Made by a program: the position numbers and the translations under genes. This document shows, piece by piece, positions 23,948 through 31,339 of a DNA stretch of 31,339 nt. This DNA is from a virus (taxonomy: Duplodnaviria; Caudoviricetes). Where the stretch lies: the IMG/VR virus record IMGVR_UViG_3300016476_000531, positions 1 through 31,339 of that record. One strand, 5' to 3'. The first letter of the stretch is position 1; each line of letters begins with the position of its first letter. A model generated the notes under the pieces. That model saw only the letters and a program-made list of their open reading frames with translations, was not told the origin of the DNA and did no database searches.

Positions 23948-24144
23948 CAGACTCCCTCTTCCGCAAGGCCATTGAGATCGCCGGCAGCGAAACCCGCCTC
24001 GCCAAGGCCATCGGCTTCTCTCAGCACGCCGTCTGGAGCGCCAGGCGGAAGGGCAAGCCATCTGCCGAGATGGCCGCCGCGATCGACAAGTTCACCGAAG
24101 GCAGGGTCTCCAAGCAAGAGCTCAGGCCAGACCTGTGGGGCTAA
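23944..24144 (+). CDS. Cro/YdaS-like HTH protein
   Basis: AIEIAGSETRLAKAIG.SQ.AV...I...T.G.VS..ELRPD. Confidence 0.85.
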   Translation: MTDSLFRKAIEIAGSETRLAKAIGFSQHAVWSARRKGKPSAEMAAAIDKFTEGRVSKQELRPDLWG

Positions 24145-24186
24145 CACAGCGATGTATTAAACCATTGATGTGTAACGGCAATCCCC

Positions 24187-24216
24187 TTGTTTGCAGAAAA
24201 AGTTCTTGTTATGTTC
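24187..24216 (+). promoter_or_regulatory. Putative late promoter with alphaproteobacterial LexA (SOS) box
   Basis: TTGTTT(24187)-N17-TATGTT(24210). GTTC-N7-GTTC = GTTCTTGTTATGTTC at 24202-24216 covers the -10. Confidence 0.7.
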
Positions 24217-24227
24217 CACGTGAAACG
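24212..24227. promoter_or_regulatory. Chromosomal-type parS site
   Basis: TGTTCCACGTGAAACG versus the consensus TGTTNCACGTGAAACA, with one terminal mismatch. Confidence 0.7.
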
Positions 24228-24238
24228 TGGGGAACCTC

Positions 24239-24616
24239 ATGCCTGCCGGGCGGCCGAGCAAATACGACCCGAAGTACTGCGATGAAGTGATCAAGGTGAT
24301 GGGCGAGGGCTTGTCGCTCACCGCTTTCGCAGGCCGGATCGGCGTTGACCGCTCCACGATCGATGAATGGCGGAACAATTTCCCCGAATTTTCCCTAGCT
24401 TGCCGTAAAGGCCAAGCAAAACGCACCGAGCGCCTTGAGATGGGCATGCTTGATCCTGACATGCCGGGCCCGGCCGTCAATGCCCGCCGCTTCGCGCTTG
24501 CCAATGCTGCGCCAGAGGAATGGCGCGAGAAGCAGCAGCTCGAGCACACAGGCGCCGAGGGCCAGCCTCTCAGCATCGGCGTCCAGTTCCTCACGCCTCT
24601 GAGGCCTGAGCCGTGA
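24239..24616 (+). CDS. terS: Terminase small subunit
   Basis: MPAGRPSKYDPKYC...G.S...A..IGV.RST..EW...FPEF..A. Directly upstream of TerL. Confidence 0.88.
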   Translation: MPAGRPSKYDPKYCDEVIKVMGEGLSLTAFAGRIGVDRSTIDEWRNNFPEFSLACRKGQAKRTERLEMGMLDPDMPGPAVNARRFALANAAPEEWREKQQLEHTGAEGQPLSIGVQFLTPLRPEP

Positions 24617-25908
24617 ACCAGATGAGCCCGATAAAGAAGGGCGAGTTGCTGGTCAATCTCCCGGCCAAGTTCGAGCCGCTCACGCGTCCCGCCAGGTACA
24701 AGGGCGCTCACGGGGGAAGAGGCTCAGGCAAGTCACACAGCTTCGCCACGCTCTGCATCCTGCGCTGCATTCAGTCTCAAACCCGCGTGGTCTGCATCCG
24801 CGAAGTCCAGAACACCATCCGCGATTCCGTGCGCCAGCTCCTTGTGGACAAGATCAACGAGATGTCGCTCGGCTCCCTGTTCGAGGTGCTGGAGACCGAG
24901 ATCCGCGCCAAGAATGGATCGCTCATCATCTTCCGCGGCATGAAGGACATGAATGCGATCGGCATTCAGTCTCTGGAAGGCTTCGACATCGCCTGGGTGG
25001 AGGAGGCGCAGAGCCTCTCGCAGCGGTCCTTCGACGTTCTGCGCCCCACAATCCGCAAGCCTGGCAGCGAGCTTTGGTTCTCGTGGAACCCAAGGCGCAA
25101 GGCTGATCCGGTGGATGCCTTCTTCCGCGGCCCCGTCAAGAACCCGGACGCGATCTGCGTCGAGATGAACTGGGAGGACAACCCTTTCCTCCCGACCGAG
25201 CTCCTGCAGGAAAAGTCCTTCGACTATCTCCGCGACCCGGTAAAGGCGCAGCACATCTGGGGCGGGGGCTATGAGGTTCTGACCGAGGGCGCCTATTACG
25301 GACGGGACATGGTCGCAGCCGAGACCGAGGGTCGCGTCACCCGCGTGCCGCATGACCGATCGGCTGACGTCTACGCGTCGTGGGATCTTGGCATTGGCGA
25401 TGCCATGGCCATCTGGACGTTCCAGGTCATCAACAACGAATGGCACTGGCTCCACTACATCGAGGGCACCGGCAAGGGCCTCGACGCCTATGTGGACCTG
25501 ATCAAGGCGCTGCCCTATCCGGTCCATGAGCATCTCCTGCCGCACGACGCGCAGGCCCGCGAGCTCCAGACCGGCAAGAGCCGCAAGCAATTCCTTGAGG
25601 AGCGCGGCCTCAAGACCCGCATCGTTCCCAATCACCGGGTTGACGATGGCATCAACGCTGTCCGAACTGCCTTCAACCGCTTCTGGATTGACGAGAAGAA
25701 CTGCGAGCGCGGCATCGACTGCTTGCGGAACTATCGCTCCGAGTTCTCCGACAAGCTCCAGACCATCAAATCGCAGCCCCTTCACGATTGGGCCTCGCAC
25801 GGCGCCGACGCCCTCCGCATTGGCGTGATGGGCATCAACGAAACCTTTCTCAAGACCCGGACTGATTGGGGCAAGCCTCTCGTCCGCGCCGGCGCGGGAG
25901 TCGCATGA
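24613..25908 (+). CDS. terL: Terminase large subunit (PBSX-like)
   Basis: Walker A GGRGSGKS, Walker B IAWVEEA, nuclease motifs WDLG and SHGADALR. Confidence 0.96.
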   Translation: MNQMSPIKKGELLVNLPAKFEPLTRPARYKGAHGGRGSGKSHSFATLCILRCIQSQTRVVCIREVQNTIRDSVRQLLVDKINEMSLGSLFEVLETEIRAKNGSLIIFRGMKDMNAIGIQSLEGFDIAWVEEAQSLSQRSFDVLRPTIRKPGSELWFSWNPRRKADPVDAFFRGPVKNPDAICVEMNWEDNPFLPTELLQEKSFDYLRDPVKAQHIWGGGYEVLTEGAYYGRDMVAAETEGRVTRVPHDRSADVYASWDLGIGDAMAIWTFQVINNEWHWLHYIEGTGKGLDAYVDLIKALPYPVHEHLLPHDAQARELQTGKSRKQFLEERGLKTRIVPNHRVDDGINAVRTAFNRFWIDEKNCERGIDCLRNYRSEFSDKLQTIKSQPLHDWASHGADALRIGVMGINETFLKTRTDWGKPLVRAGAGVA

Positions 25909-28055
25909 TGTTCAAGAGCCCCAAGACGCTGAAGCCTCTCGAGCAGGAGAACATCCAGGCGATCGTCAAGAACGCCATTCACGACGCGCGCGAGTTCATG
26001 GACGAGGACATCGCGCCCCATCGCGAGCAGGCGGACGCCTATTACCGCGGCAAGACCTCCGTGCAGGCAATTCCGGGCCGTTCGTCGATCGTCGTCACCC
26101 GCGTGCGAGACGCAGTGAAGTCCGTGCTGCCGTCTCTCGCCCGCGTCTTCACCCAGTCTGACACGATCGCCGAGTTCACCAGCGAGATGGAGGCTGACGA
26201 AAAGCTCTGCCAGCAGCAGACGCTCTTCGTGAACCAGGTCTTCCACAAGTTTGGCGGCTATTCCGCCCTGATCCAGGCCTGCACCGACGCGCTCAAGGCG
26301 CGCGTGGGCGTGGTCAAGGTCAGCCTCGAGCGCAAGCCGGTCGCTGTCCACACGTTCGAGGATCTCGTGACGCCCGAGCAGCTCCAGATGCTGCAGACGG
26401 ACGAGACGCAGATGATCACCGAGCAGACGCCGCCGATGCCAGCCCCGGACGGGCAGGGCGAGGTCTATGGCGTCGTGCTCACCAAGCAATCCTTCCGCAA
26501 TCGCTGGCACCTCGACCCGGTTCCGCCCGAGAGCTTCTTCATCAGCCGCGGGGCCACGAGCCTCGAGGACGCCCGCGTCGTGGGCACGGCCATCAACCTT
26601 CAGGTTTGGGAGGCCATGCAGACGCTCGGCCTCTCGCGCGAGGATCTGGCCGATGCCGATCGCGACCCGGATCTCGACACCGAGGCGCATCTCCGCACCG
26701 GCGTCGATCCCGAGGGCGATGCCGACAATGCCGACGCCATGAGCCGCGAGGTGCTCGTGTGCGAGGCCTGGATGCGCCTTGATGCCGATGGCGATGGCGT
26801 GCCGGAACTGCGCCACCTGATCACGGTCGGCACCGGCTACAAGATCATCGTCGACGAGCCGGCCAACTTCGTGCCGCTTGCCGTCTTCAAGGCCGAGCTC
26901 CAGCCGCATCGGTTCTTCCCGATCTGCATGGCGGAAGACCTCATGCAGGACCAGGACGCCCAGACGGCGCTGCTTCGGTCCATCATCGACAACACCGCGC
27001 TGGTTAACAACCCGCGCACGGCCGCCGTCGAGGACGCGGTCAACGTGCAGGATCTCATCAATGGCGAGATCGGCTCGATCATCCGCACGAAGGCTCCGGG
27101 CATGATCGAAGAGCTGGCGACGCCCTTCGTGGCAGGCCAGACGCTGCCCGTGCTCCAATACCTCGAGGCCGTGGCCGAGGCCCGCTCGGGCGTCACCAAG
27201 ATGAGCCAGGGCATTTCGGCCGACATCCTGCAGTCGACGCCCAAGGAGGCCGCCGGCGCCATGGTGCAGGGCTCGGACGCCCGCATCGAGATGATGGCCC
27301 GCAATCTTGCCGAGACGGGGGTCACGGAGCTTTTCCTCTGCATCCTGCGCGTGGCCATGTACGAGATGCGTGGGCCGCAGTCTGTGAAGACGCCAACGGG
27401 CTACGAGGAAGTGCGCCCGGATATGTGGCACGACCAAACACACGTTTCTGTGAATGTCGGGCTCGGGAATGGACGCATCGGCGAAAAGGCCATGGTCCTG
27501 ACCGAGGTCGCCCAGGTCCAGCAGCAAATGATCGGCATGCTCGGGCTTTCCAACCCGCTGGCCGGTTGGGAGCAGTTCCGCAAAACCGTGACGGACAAGC
27601 TGAAGCTGGCCGGTATCCGCAACGTCTCGGACTATCTGCCGCTGGTTCCCGATCAAGTCCTGCAGCAGCTCACCCAGCAAATGCAGCAGATGCAGGCCCA
27701 GGCCGGAAAGCAGCCCGATCCCACGGCTGGACTAGTGGAAGCTGAACGCCTGAAAGGGCAAGTCCAGCTTCAGATCAAGTCCGCCGAGCTCCAGCAGCGC
27801 GGCCAGCTCGAAAGCGCCAAGCTCAGGCAGCAGGGCGAGATCGAAATGGCGCAGCTTCAGACCAAACTCCAGAGCGATCTGCTCAAGTCTCGCATGGACG
27901 ACGACCGGGCGCGCGACATCGCCGCTGGCCAGTTCGCGGTGGATGCACAGAAGGCGCAGCTCGACGCCGCCCAGCGTGCCGCCGTGGCCCGCGAGCAGGC
28001 CGCCGCACGTCCGACACCCGGCGCCGCTCCCGCTCCGCAGGGAATGCCGCAATGA
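25905..28055 (+). CDS. Portal protein (P22-like)
   Basis: About 716 aa, after TerL. YYRG, L.RVF, VPPE.F and D.DGDG.PE motifs. Q-rich coiled-coil C-terminal barrel. ATGA overlap. Confidence 0.92.
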   Translation: MMFKSPKTLKPLEQENIQAIVKNAIHDAREFMDEDIAPHREQADAYYRGKTSVQAIPGRSSIVVTRVRDAVKSVLPSLARVFTQSDTIAEFTSEMEADEKLCQQQTLFVNQVFHKFGGYSALIQACTDALKARVGVVKVSLERKPVAVHTFEDLVTPEQLQMLQTDETQMITEQTPPMPAPDGQGEVYGVVLTKQSFRNRWHLDPVPPESFFISRGATSLEDARVVGTAINLQVWEAMQTLGLSREDLADADRDPDLDTEAHLRTGVDPEGDADNADAMSREVLVCEAWMRLDADGDGVPELRHLITVGTGYKIIVDEPANFVPLAVFKAELQPHRFFPICMAEDLMQDQDAQTALLRSIIDNTALVNNPRTAAVEDAVNVQDLINGEIGSIIRTKAPGMIEELATPFVAGQTLPVLQYLEAVAEARSGVTKMSQGISADILQSTPKEAAGAMVQGSDARIEMMARNLAETGVTELFLCILRVAMYEMRGPQSVKTPTGYEEVRPDMWHDQTHVSVNVGLGNGRIGEKAMVLTEVAQVQQQMIGMLGLSNPLAGWEQFRKTVTDKLKLAGIRNVSDYLPLVPDQVLQQLTQQMQQMQAQAGKQPDPTAGLVEAERLKGQVQLQIKSAELQQRGQLESAKLRQQGEIEMAQLQTKLQSDLLKSRMDDDRARDIAAGQFAVDAQKAQLDAAQRAAVAREQAAARPTPGAAPAPQGMPQ

Positions 28056-28288
28056 TGGACGAAATCGCTATCCGCAAGCGCCGCGCCCTTGTCCAGGCCC
28101 TCGAGCAGCCGCTGTTCGACCAGGCCATCGAGGACTTGCGCCGCCGCCTTGCAGACGAGATTGCCGACTGCATGGACCCGACCAAGGCCGAGGCGCTGCG
28201 GGCCGAGAGGTTCGCCCTCTCGCGTGTCCGCGCCCGCCTGCAGGCCTACATCAACGACCTTCAAATGGAGAAGCTGAATGCCGCCTGA
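28052..28288 (+). CDS. Small head-module hypothetical protein
   Basis: Between portal and scaffold, with overlapping start and stop. Confidence 0.75.
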   Translation: MMDEIAIRKRRALVQALEQPLFDQAIEDLRRRLADEIADCMDPTKAEALRAERFALSRVRARLQAYINDLQMEKLNAA

Positions 28289-29333
28289 CGCGGAAAGCTC
28301 GGAAGTTCTCAACGCCATCCTGTCACCCGCGCCGGCCGTGGCCCCGGCTGCGGGCGAGGGGGCAGGCGGCGAGGCGGCTGAACGCATCCCGGGCAGTGCG
28401 CGGGATGCGAACGGCCGCTTCGTTGCCTCCGCAGCCGAGGCCACTGAGGCCGAGGACGATGTCGAGCAGGGGGAAGATGCCCCGGAGACCGCGGAGGCCC
28501 CTGACGAGGCTCCTGACGAGCAGGAAGAGGCCGACAAGGCTACGCCTGAGAACCTCGACGACTACACGGTCGAGGTCGTGGTCGACGGGAAGCCAGCCGA
28601 GGTCACGCTCCGCGAGCTGAAGCAGAGCTATTCCGGCACCCAGTACATCGCGAAACAGGTGCAGCAGGCGGTCGAGTACCGCAAGACATTCGAGACCACC
28701 GCGCAGCAGGCCCAGGCCGTGCTGCAGCAGGAGGTCCAGCACCTTCAGGCCATTCAGGAGGTCTGGAGGAAGTTCGCAACCCCACAAGTTAACCTGGACG
28801 AACTGAAGTACCGCGACCCGCAAGCCTACGCGCTGAAGCGGGTGGAACTGATGGACGCCCAGGAGAAGGCGCAGAAGATCGAGGCTGAGATCCAGAACAA
28901 GTTGCAGCAGCAGGCCGCCATCGAGGCCCAAAGCAAGCAGCAGCGCGTTCAGGAGGAGACCAGCATCCTTCTGCAGAAACTGCCGGCCCTTGCAGACCCC
29001 CAGAAGGCGCCCGTCGTCATGGGGAAGATCCGCGAGGTGGCACAGAGCTATGGCGTGACGGACGAGGAGCTCAATGCCCTCGACGGCCATGTGCCGGTTC
29101 TCATCTTGGCTGAACTTGCCTGGAGGCGAGAGCAGATGAGCAACATCGAGGCACGCCTGCAGCGGCCGAAGGGTGACCAGCCCAGGCCCAAGACGCTCAT
29201 CAGGCCCGGCACCGCACAACCGGCTCAGAGCTCCGAGAAGAAGCTCCGGGCTGAACTCATCAATCGCGCGAGGAAGAGCGGCAAACCCGACGATGTCGCC
29301 GCAACGCTCCTCGTCTCGCGCAAGAAGGCTTAA
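28278..29333 (+). CDS. Capsid scaffolding protein
   Basis: Acidic N-terminus with RDANGRF, YTV.VDG...EVTL.EL..SY, helical body. Immediately upstream of the capsid gene. Confidence 0.88.
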   Translation: MPPDAESSEVLNAILSPAPAVAPAAGEGAGGEAAERIPGSARDANGRFVASAAEATEAEDDVEQGEDAPETAEAPDEAPDEQEEADKATPENLDDYTVEVVVDGKPAEVTLRELKQSYSGTQYIAKQVQQAVEYRKTFETTAQQAQAVLQQEVQHLQAIQEVWRKFATPQVNLDELKYRDPQAYALKRVELMDAQEKAQKIEAEIQNKLQQQAAIEAQSKQQRVQEETSILLQKLPALADPQKAPVVMGKIREVAQSYGVTDEELNALDGHVPVLILAELAWRREQMSNIEARLQRPKGDQPRPKTLIRPGTAQPAQSSEKKLRAELINRARKSGKPDDVAATLLVSRKKA

Positions 29334-29344
29334 GGAATACCATC

Positions 29345-30316
29345 ATGGCCGTTGCTGCTTCTGCTCTTGAAAGCTACGACTCCAAGACCATCAGGGAAGA
29401 CCTGACCGACGCCGAGAACATGATCTCGCCGACCGAGACCCCGTTCATCAGCTCGATCGCCGGAAAGGGATCCTGCACCAACACCAAGTACGAGTGGCCC
29501 GTTGTGGAACTCGGCGCGGTGGACGCCAACAATGCCGTGCCCGAGGGCGAGGATGCCCCGGCCGCCGACACGCCCGTCACTGCCCTGCGTATGGCGAACT
29601 ATACGCAGATCATGGACAAGGTCGTGAAGGTGACGGACACCAGCCAGCGCGTGAACGGCGCGGCGAACGTCGAAAAGATCGCGAAGCAGATCTCCTACAA
29701 GCTGAAGGAGCTGAAGCGCGACAAGGAGACGATCCTGCTCGCCAACACGGCGGCGGCCACGGGCTCTGCCCAGGGCGCCACGACCCGCAAGCTGGCTGGC
29801 TTCGAGGCCTGGGTCATCACCAACGCCTCCCGTGGCGCCGGCGGTGCGGCTCCCACGCTCTCTGGCACGACCGACGGCTATCCGAACGCGGCCCACACGC
29901 CGGGTACCTCGCGCACCATCACTGAGGATATCCTCAACACGGTGGTGCAGTCGTGCTGGACCAACGGCGGCGAGGTCAAGTACGGCATCGTCGGCCCCGG
30001 CGTGAAGCGCACGATCTCGAAGACCTTCAACGGCTATGCGACCAAGTACAAGGACGCGGATGCCAAGAGGCTCGTGAACGCGGTCGACTTCTACGAGTCC
30101 GAGTTCGGCCTGATTGAGATCATTCCCAATCGGTTCAGCAACGCCGCGTCGATGATCCTCATCGATCCCGAGTACGTGAAGGTGGTTGACCTTCAGCCGA
30201 CCCGCCAGCTCGAGCTGGCCCGTACCGGCCACACCGAGAACCGCCTGATCCAGGCTGAATTGACATTGGAAGTCGGGAATCAGAAGGCACATGGAATTAT
30301 TACTTCCGTGACGTAA
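29345..30316 (+). CDS. Major capsid protein (SU10-like/DUF5309 type)
   Basis: IREDL.D....ISP.ETPF, NYTQI..K...V..T, ELKRD.E, Y.SEFG, LARTG......I..E.TL. Confidence 0.92.
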   Translation: MAVAASALESYDSKTIREDLTDAENMISPTETPFISSIAGKGSCTNTKYEWPVVELGAVDANNAVPEGEDAPAADTPVTALRMANYTQIMDKVVKVTDTSQRVNGAANVEKIAKQISYKLKELKRDKETILLANTAAATGSAQGATTRKLAGFEAWVITNASRGAGGAAPTLSGTTDGYPNAAHTPGTSRTITEDILNTVVQSCWTNGGEVKYGIVGPGVKRTISKTFNGYATKYKDADAKRLVNAVDFYESEFGLIEIIPNRFSNAASMILIDPEYVKVVDLQPTRQLELARTGHTENRLIQAELTLEVGNQKAHGIITSVT

Positions 30317-30323
30317 AAATCTG

Positions 30324-30345
30324 GCGCGGGGCTTCGGCCCCGCGT
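30324..30345 (+). terminator. Hairpin after the major capsid gene (cUUCGg loop, weak pyrimidine tail)
   Basis: GCGCGGGGC-TTCG-GCCCCGCGT. Confidence 0.65.
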
Positions 30346-30363
30346 CTCTCATCAGGAGACACA

Positions 30364-30639
30364 ATGAAAGTCATTCTCAAGAAGCCCAATTGCTACGCAG
30401 ACGTGTTCTGGGGCGTGGGATCGGTCATCGAGGTCGAGAAGAACTGGGCTGCGTTCGCCATTGGCGTGGGCGATGCCGTCGAGGCGCCTGCGGGTGCCGA
30501 GCTCTCGCCGGTGCCGGATCTCGGGCCGCCGCGCCAGTCGATCGAGACGGCCGCCATGGAGAAGGCCGCCACTGCCATCGTGACGGCAGTCGCCAAGGCC
30601 TCCACGCGGAAGGCGAAGGGCGCGGACGATCTTGCCTGA
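30364..30639 (+). CDS. Hypothetical head-module protein
   Basis: RBS AGGAG. Confidence 0.7.
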   Translation: MKVILKKPNCYADVFWGVGSVIEVEKNWAAFAIGVGDAVEAPAGAELSPVPDLGPPRQSIETAAMEKAATAIVTAVAKASTRKAKGADDLA

Positions 30640-30949
30640 CAGGCGGTACATAGACCCAGTGACGGGCCACCTCGTCGAGGAGCACTGGGACTGGAAGGAG
30701 CAGAAGCTCCTCATCCGCCAGACGCAGGACGTGGAGCCGCTCCTCGAGGAGCTCGCCCACGAGCGCGGCATGGGCAATGCCGGATGGTCGACGGGCCGCA
30801 CCTGGCGGAAGATGGGCTCGATCCCGAACCTCGAAATCGAGCGGATCCTGCGGGAGGAGGGCATCAACCTCCTGCAGAATACGCCCGAGGCGCAGAAGCG
30901 CATCCGGCAATATTTTCGAGACAACCCGAAACTCTCAACCAAGTACTAA
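30632..30949 (+). CDS. Conserved-type hypothetical protein following the capsid gene (TTG start)
   Basis: QDVEPLLE...RKMGSIP...REEGIN motif. Confidence 0.75.
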   Translation: MPDRRYIDPVTGHLVEEHWDWKEQKLLIRQTQDVEPLLEELAHERGMGNAGWSTGRTWRKMGSIPNLEIERILREEGINLLQNTPEAQKRIRQYFRDNPKLSTKY

Positions 30950-30959
30950 GGAGGAACCC

Positions 30960-31016
30960 ATGTTTGGTTCAAAAAAGAAGCCTGCGAAGCCGTCTAAGCC
31001 GAAGCCGAAGTATTGA
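30960..31016 (+). CDS. 18-aa Lys/Pro-rich micropeptide MFGSKKKPAKPSKPKPKY
   Basis: Strong RBS AAGGAGG 5 nt upstream of the ATG. Confidence 0.55.
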   Translation: MFGSKKKPAKPSKPKPKY

Positions 31017-31041
31017 TTGCCGAGCCCAGATAGGGCATAAT
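31013..31041 (+). promoter_or_regulatory. Putative internal sigma70 promoter
   Basis: TTGATT(31013)-N17-CATAAT(31036). Confidence 0.5.
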
Positions 31042-31111
31042 TCCCGGTGCGCGACGCCTCGGTCTCGAGGCAGGGCATCTCCTCTCGATCAATACTTGGA
31101 GACCTCGCGCA

Positions 31112-31339
31112 ATGTCCCTCAATTCACAGATTCCTTCCAATGCCTCGGCGGTGACGCCGAGCGCCACGGCCGACAATTTCGGCGTGGCCCTGTACGTCGG
31201 CGGCGCCGGTAACGTCGTGCTCGAGACCGAGGGCGGCCAGACGGTGACGTTCACCGCTGTGCCTGCAGGATCCACGATCGTTCAGCGGTTCGCGAAGGTG
31301 CTTACGGCGACGACCGCCACGAACCTCGTGAGGCAGTGG
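31112..31339 (+). CDS. Head spike base protein (RcGTA Rcc01079-like), runs off the window end
   Basis: Manual translation MSLNSQIPSNASAVTPSATADNFGVALYVGGAGNVVLETEGGQTVTFTAVPAGSTIVQRFAKVLTATTATNLVRQW, matching the AVTPS..ALYVG.AG...VTF..VPAGS..TTAT pattern. Confidence 0.75.
   Translation, partial: MSLNSQIPSNASAVTPSATADNFGVALYVGGAGNVVLETEGGQTVTFTAVPAGSTIVQRFAKVLTATTATNLVRQW

Larger units (their letters stand above)
1..31339. mobile_element. Temperate P22-like phage genome segment (alphaproteobacterial host), probably in unintegrated/circular configuration
   Basis: Contiguous integrase-xis, ERF, cI/cro, replication, terS/terL/portal/scaffold/capsid modules. Late ejection genes abut int across an attP-like site with no host genes visible. 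Confidence 0.95.

Noticed and set aside
24155-24176. Possible CtrA site (TTAA-N7-TTAA) upstream of terS
   Set aside because: Only one TTAA half-site is present. The second half does not match at the required spacing.
24733-30364. Long minus-strand ORFs (24733..25800, 25782..27680, 28323..29219, 29330..30364)
   Set aside because: Antisense shadows of terL, portal, scaffold and capsid caused by high-GC codon bias. They have no RBS or recognisable motifs.

Overview
The whole window is part of a temperate, P22-like (podovirus-type) phage genome with a high-GC Alphaproteobacterial host. Host clues are a GapR homolog, a DnaA domain-IV protein, an RcGTA-like head-spike base protein and an alphaproteobacterial LexA box. 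Left to right it contains: the end of the late operon (ejection/internal virion proteins, an SLT-like muramidase, and a DNA-glycosylase-like cargo protein); two small antisense genes; an apparently intact attP with integrase and excisionase; a leftward early operon of small mosaic genes, HNH, ERF recombinase and Gp157; the cI/cro switch with visible promoters and operators; a rightward early operon (CII-like, RusA, ParB-like, ParB/MT-A70 methyltransferase, DnaA-C, replication initiator with iterons, GapR); and the packaging/head operon (TerS, TerL, portal, scaffold, major capsid, spike base). The most unusual signals are (1) a LexA box overlapping a chromosomal-type parS site on the predicted terS promoter, (2) a probable injected HhH-GPD glycosylase/lyase, (3) a probable Acb2/Tad1-like signal sponge, and (4) a cassette-like early region whose genes share short DNA repeats at their boundaries. 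All family assignments come from motif recognition by eye, not database searches.
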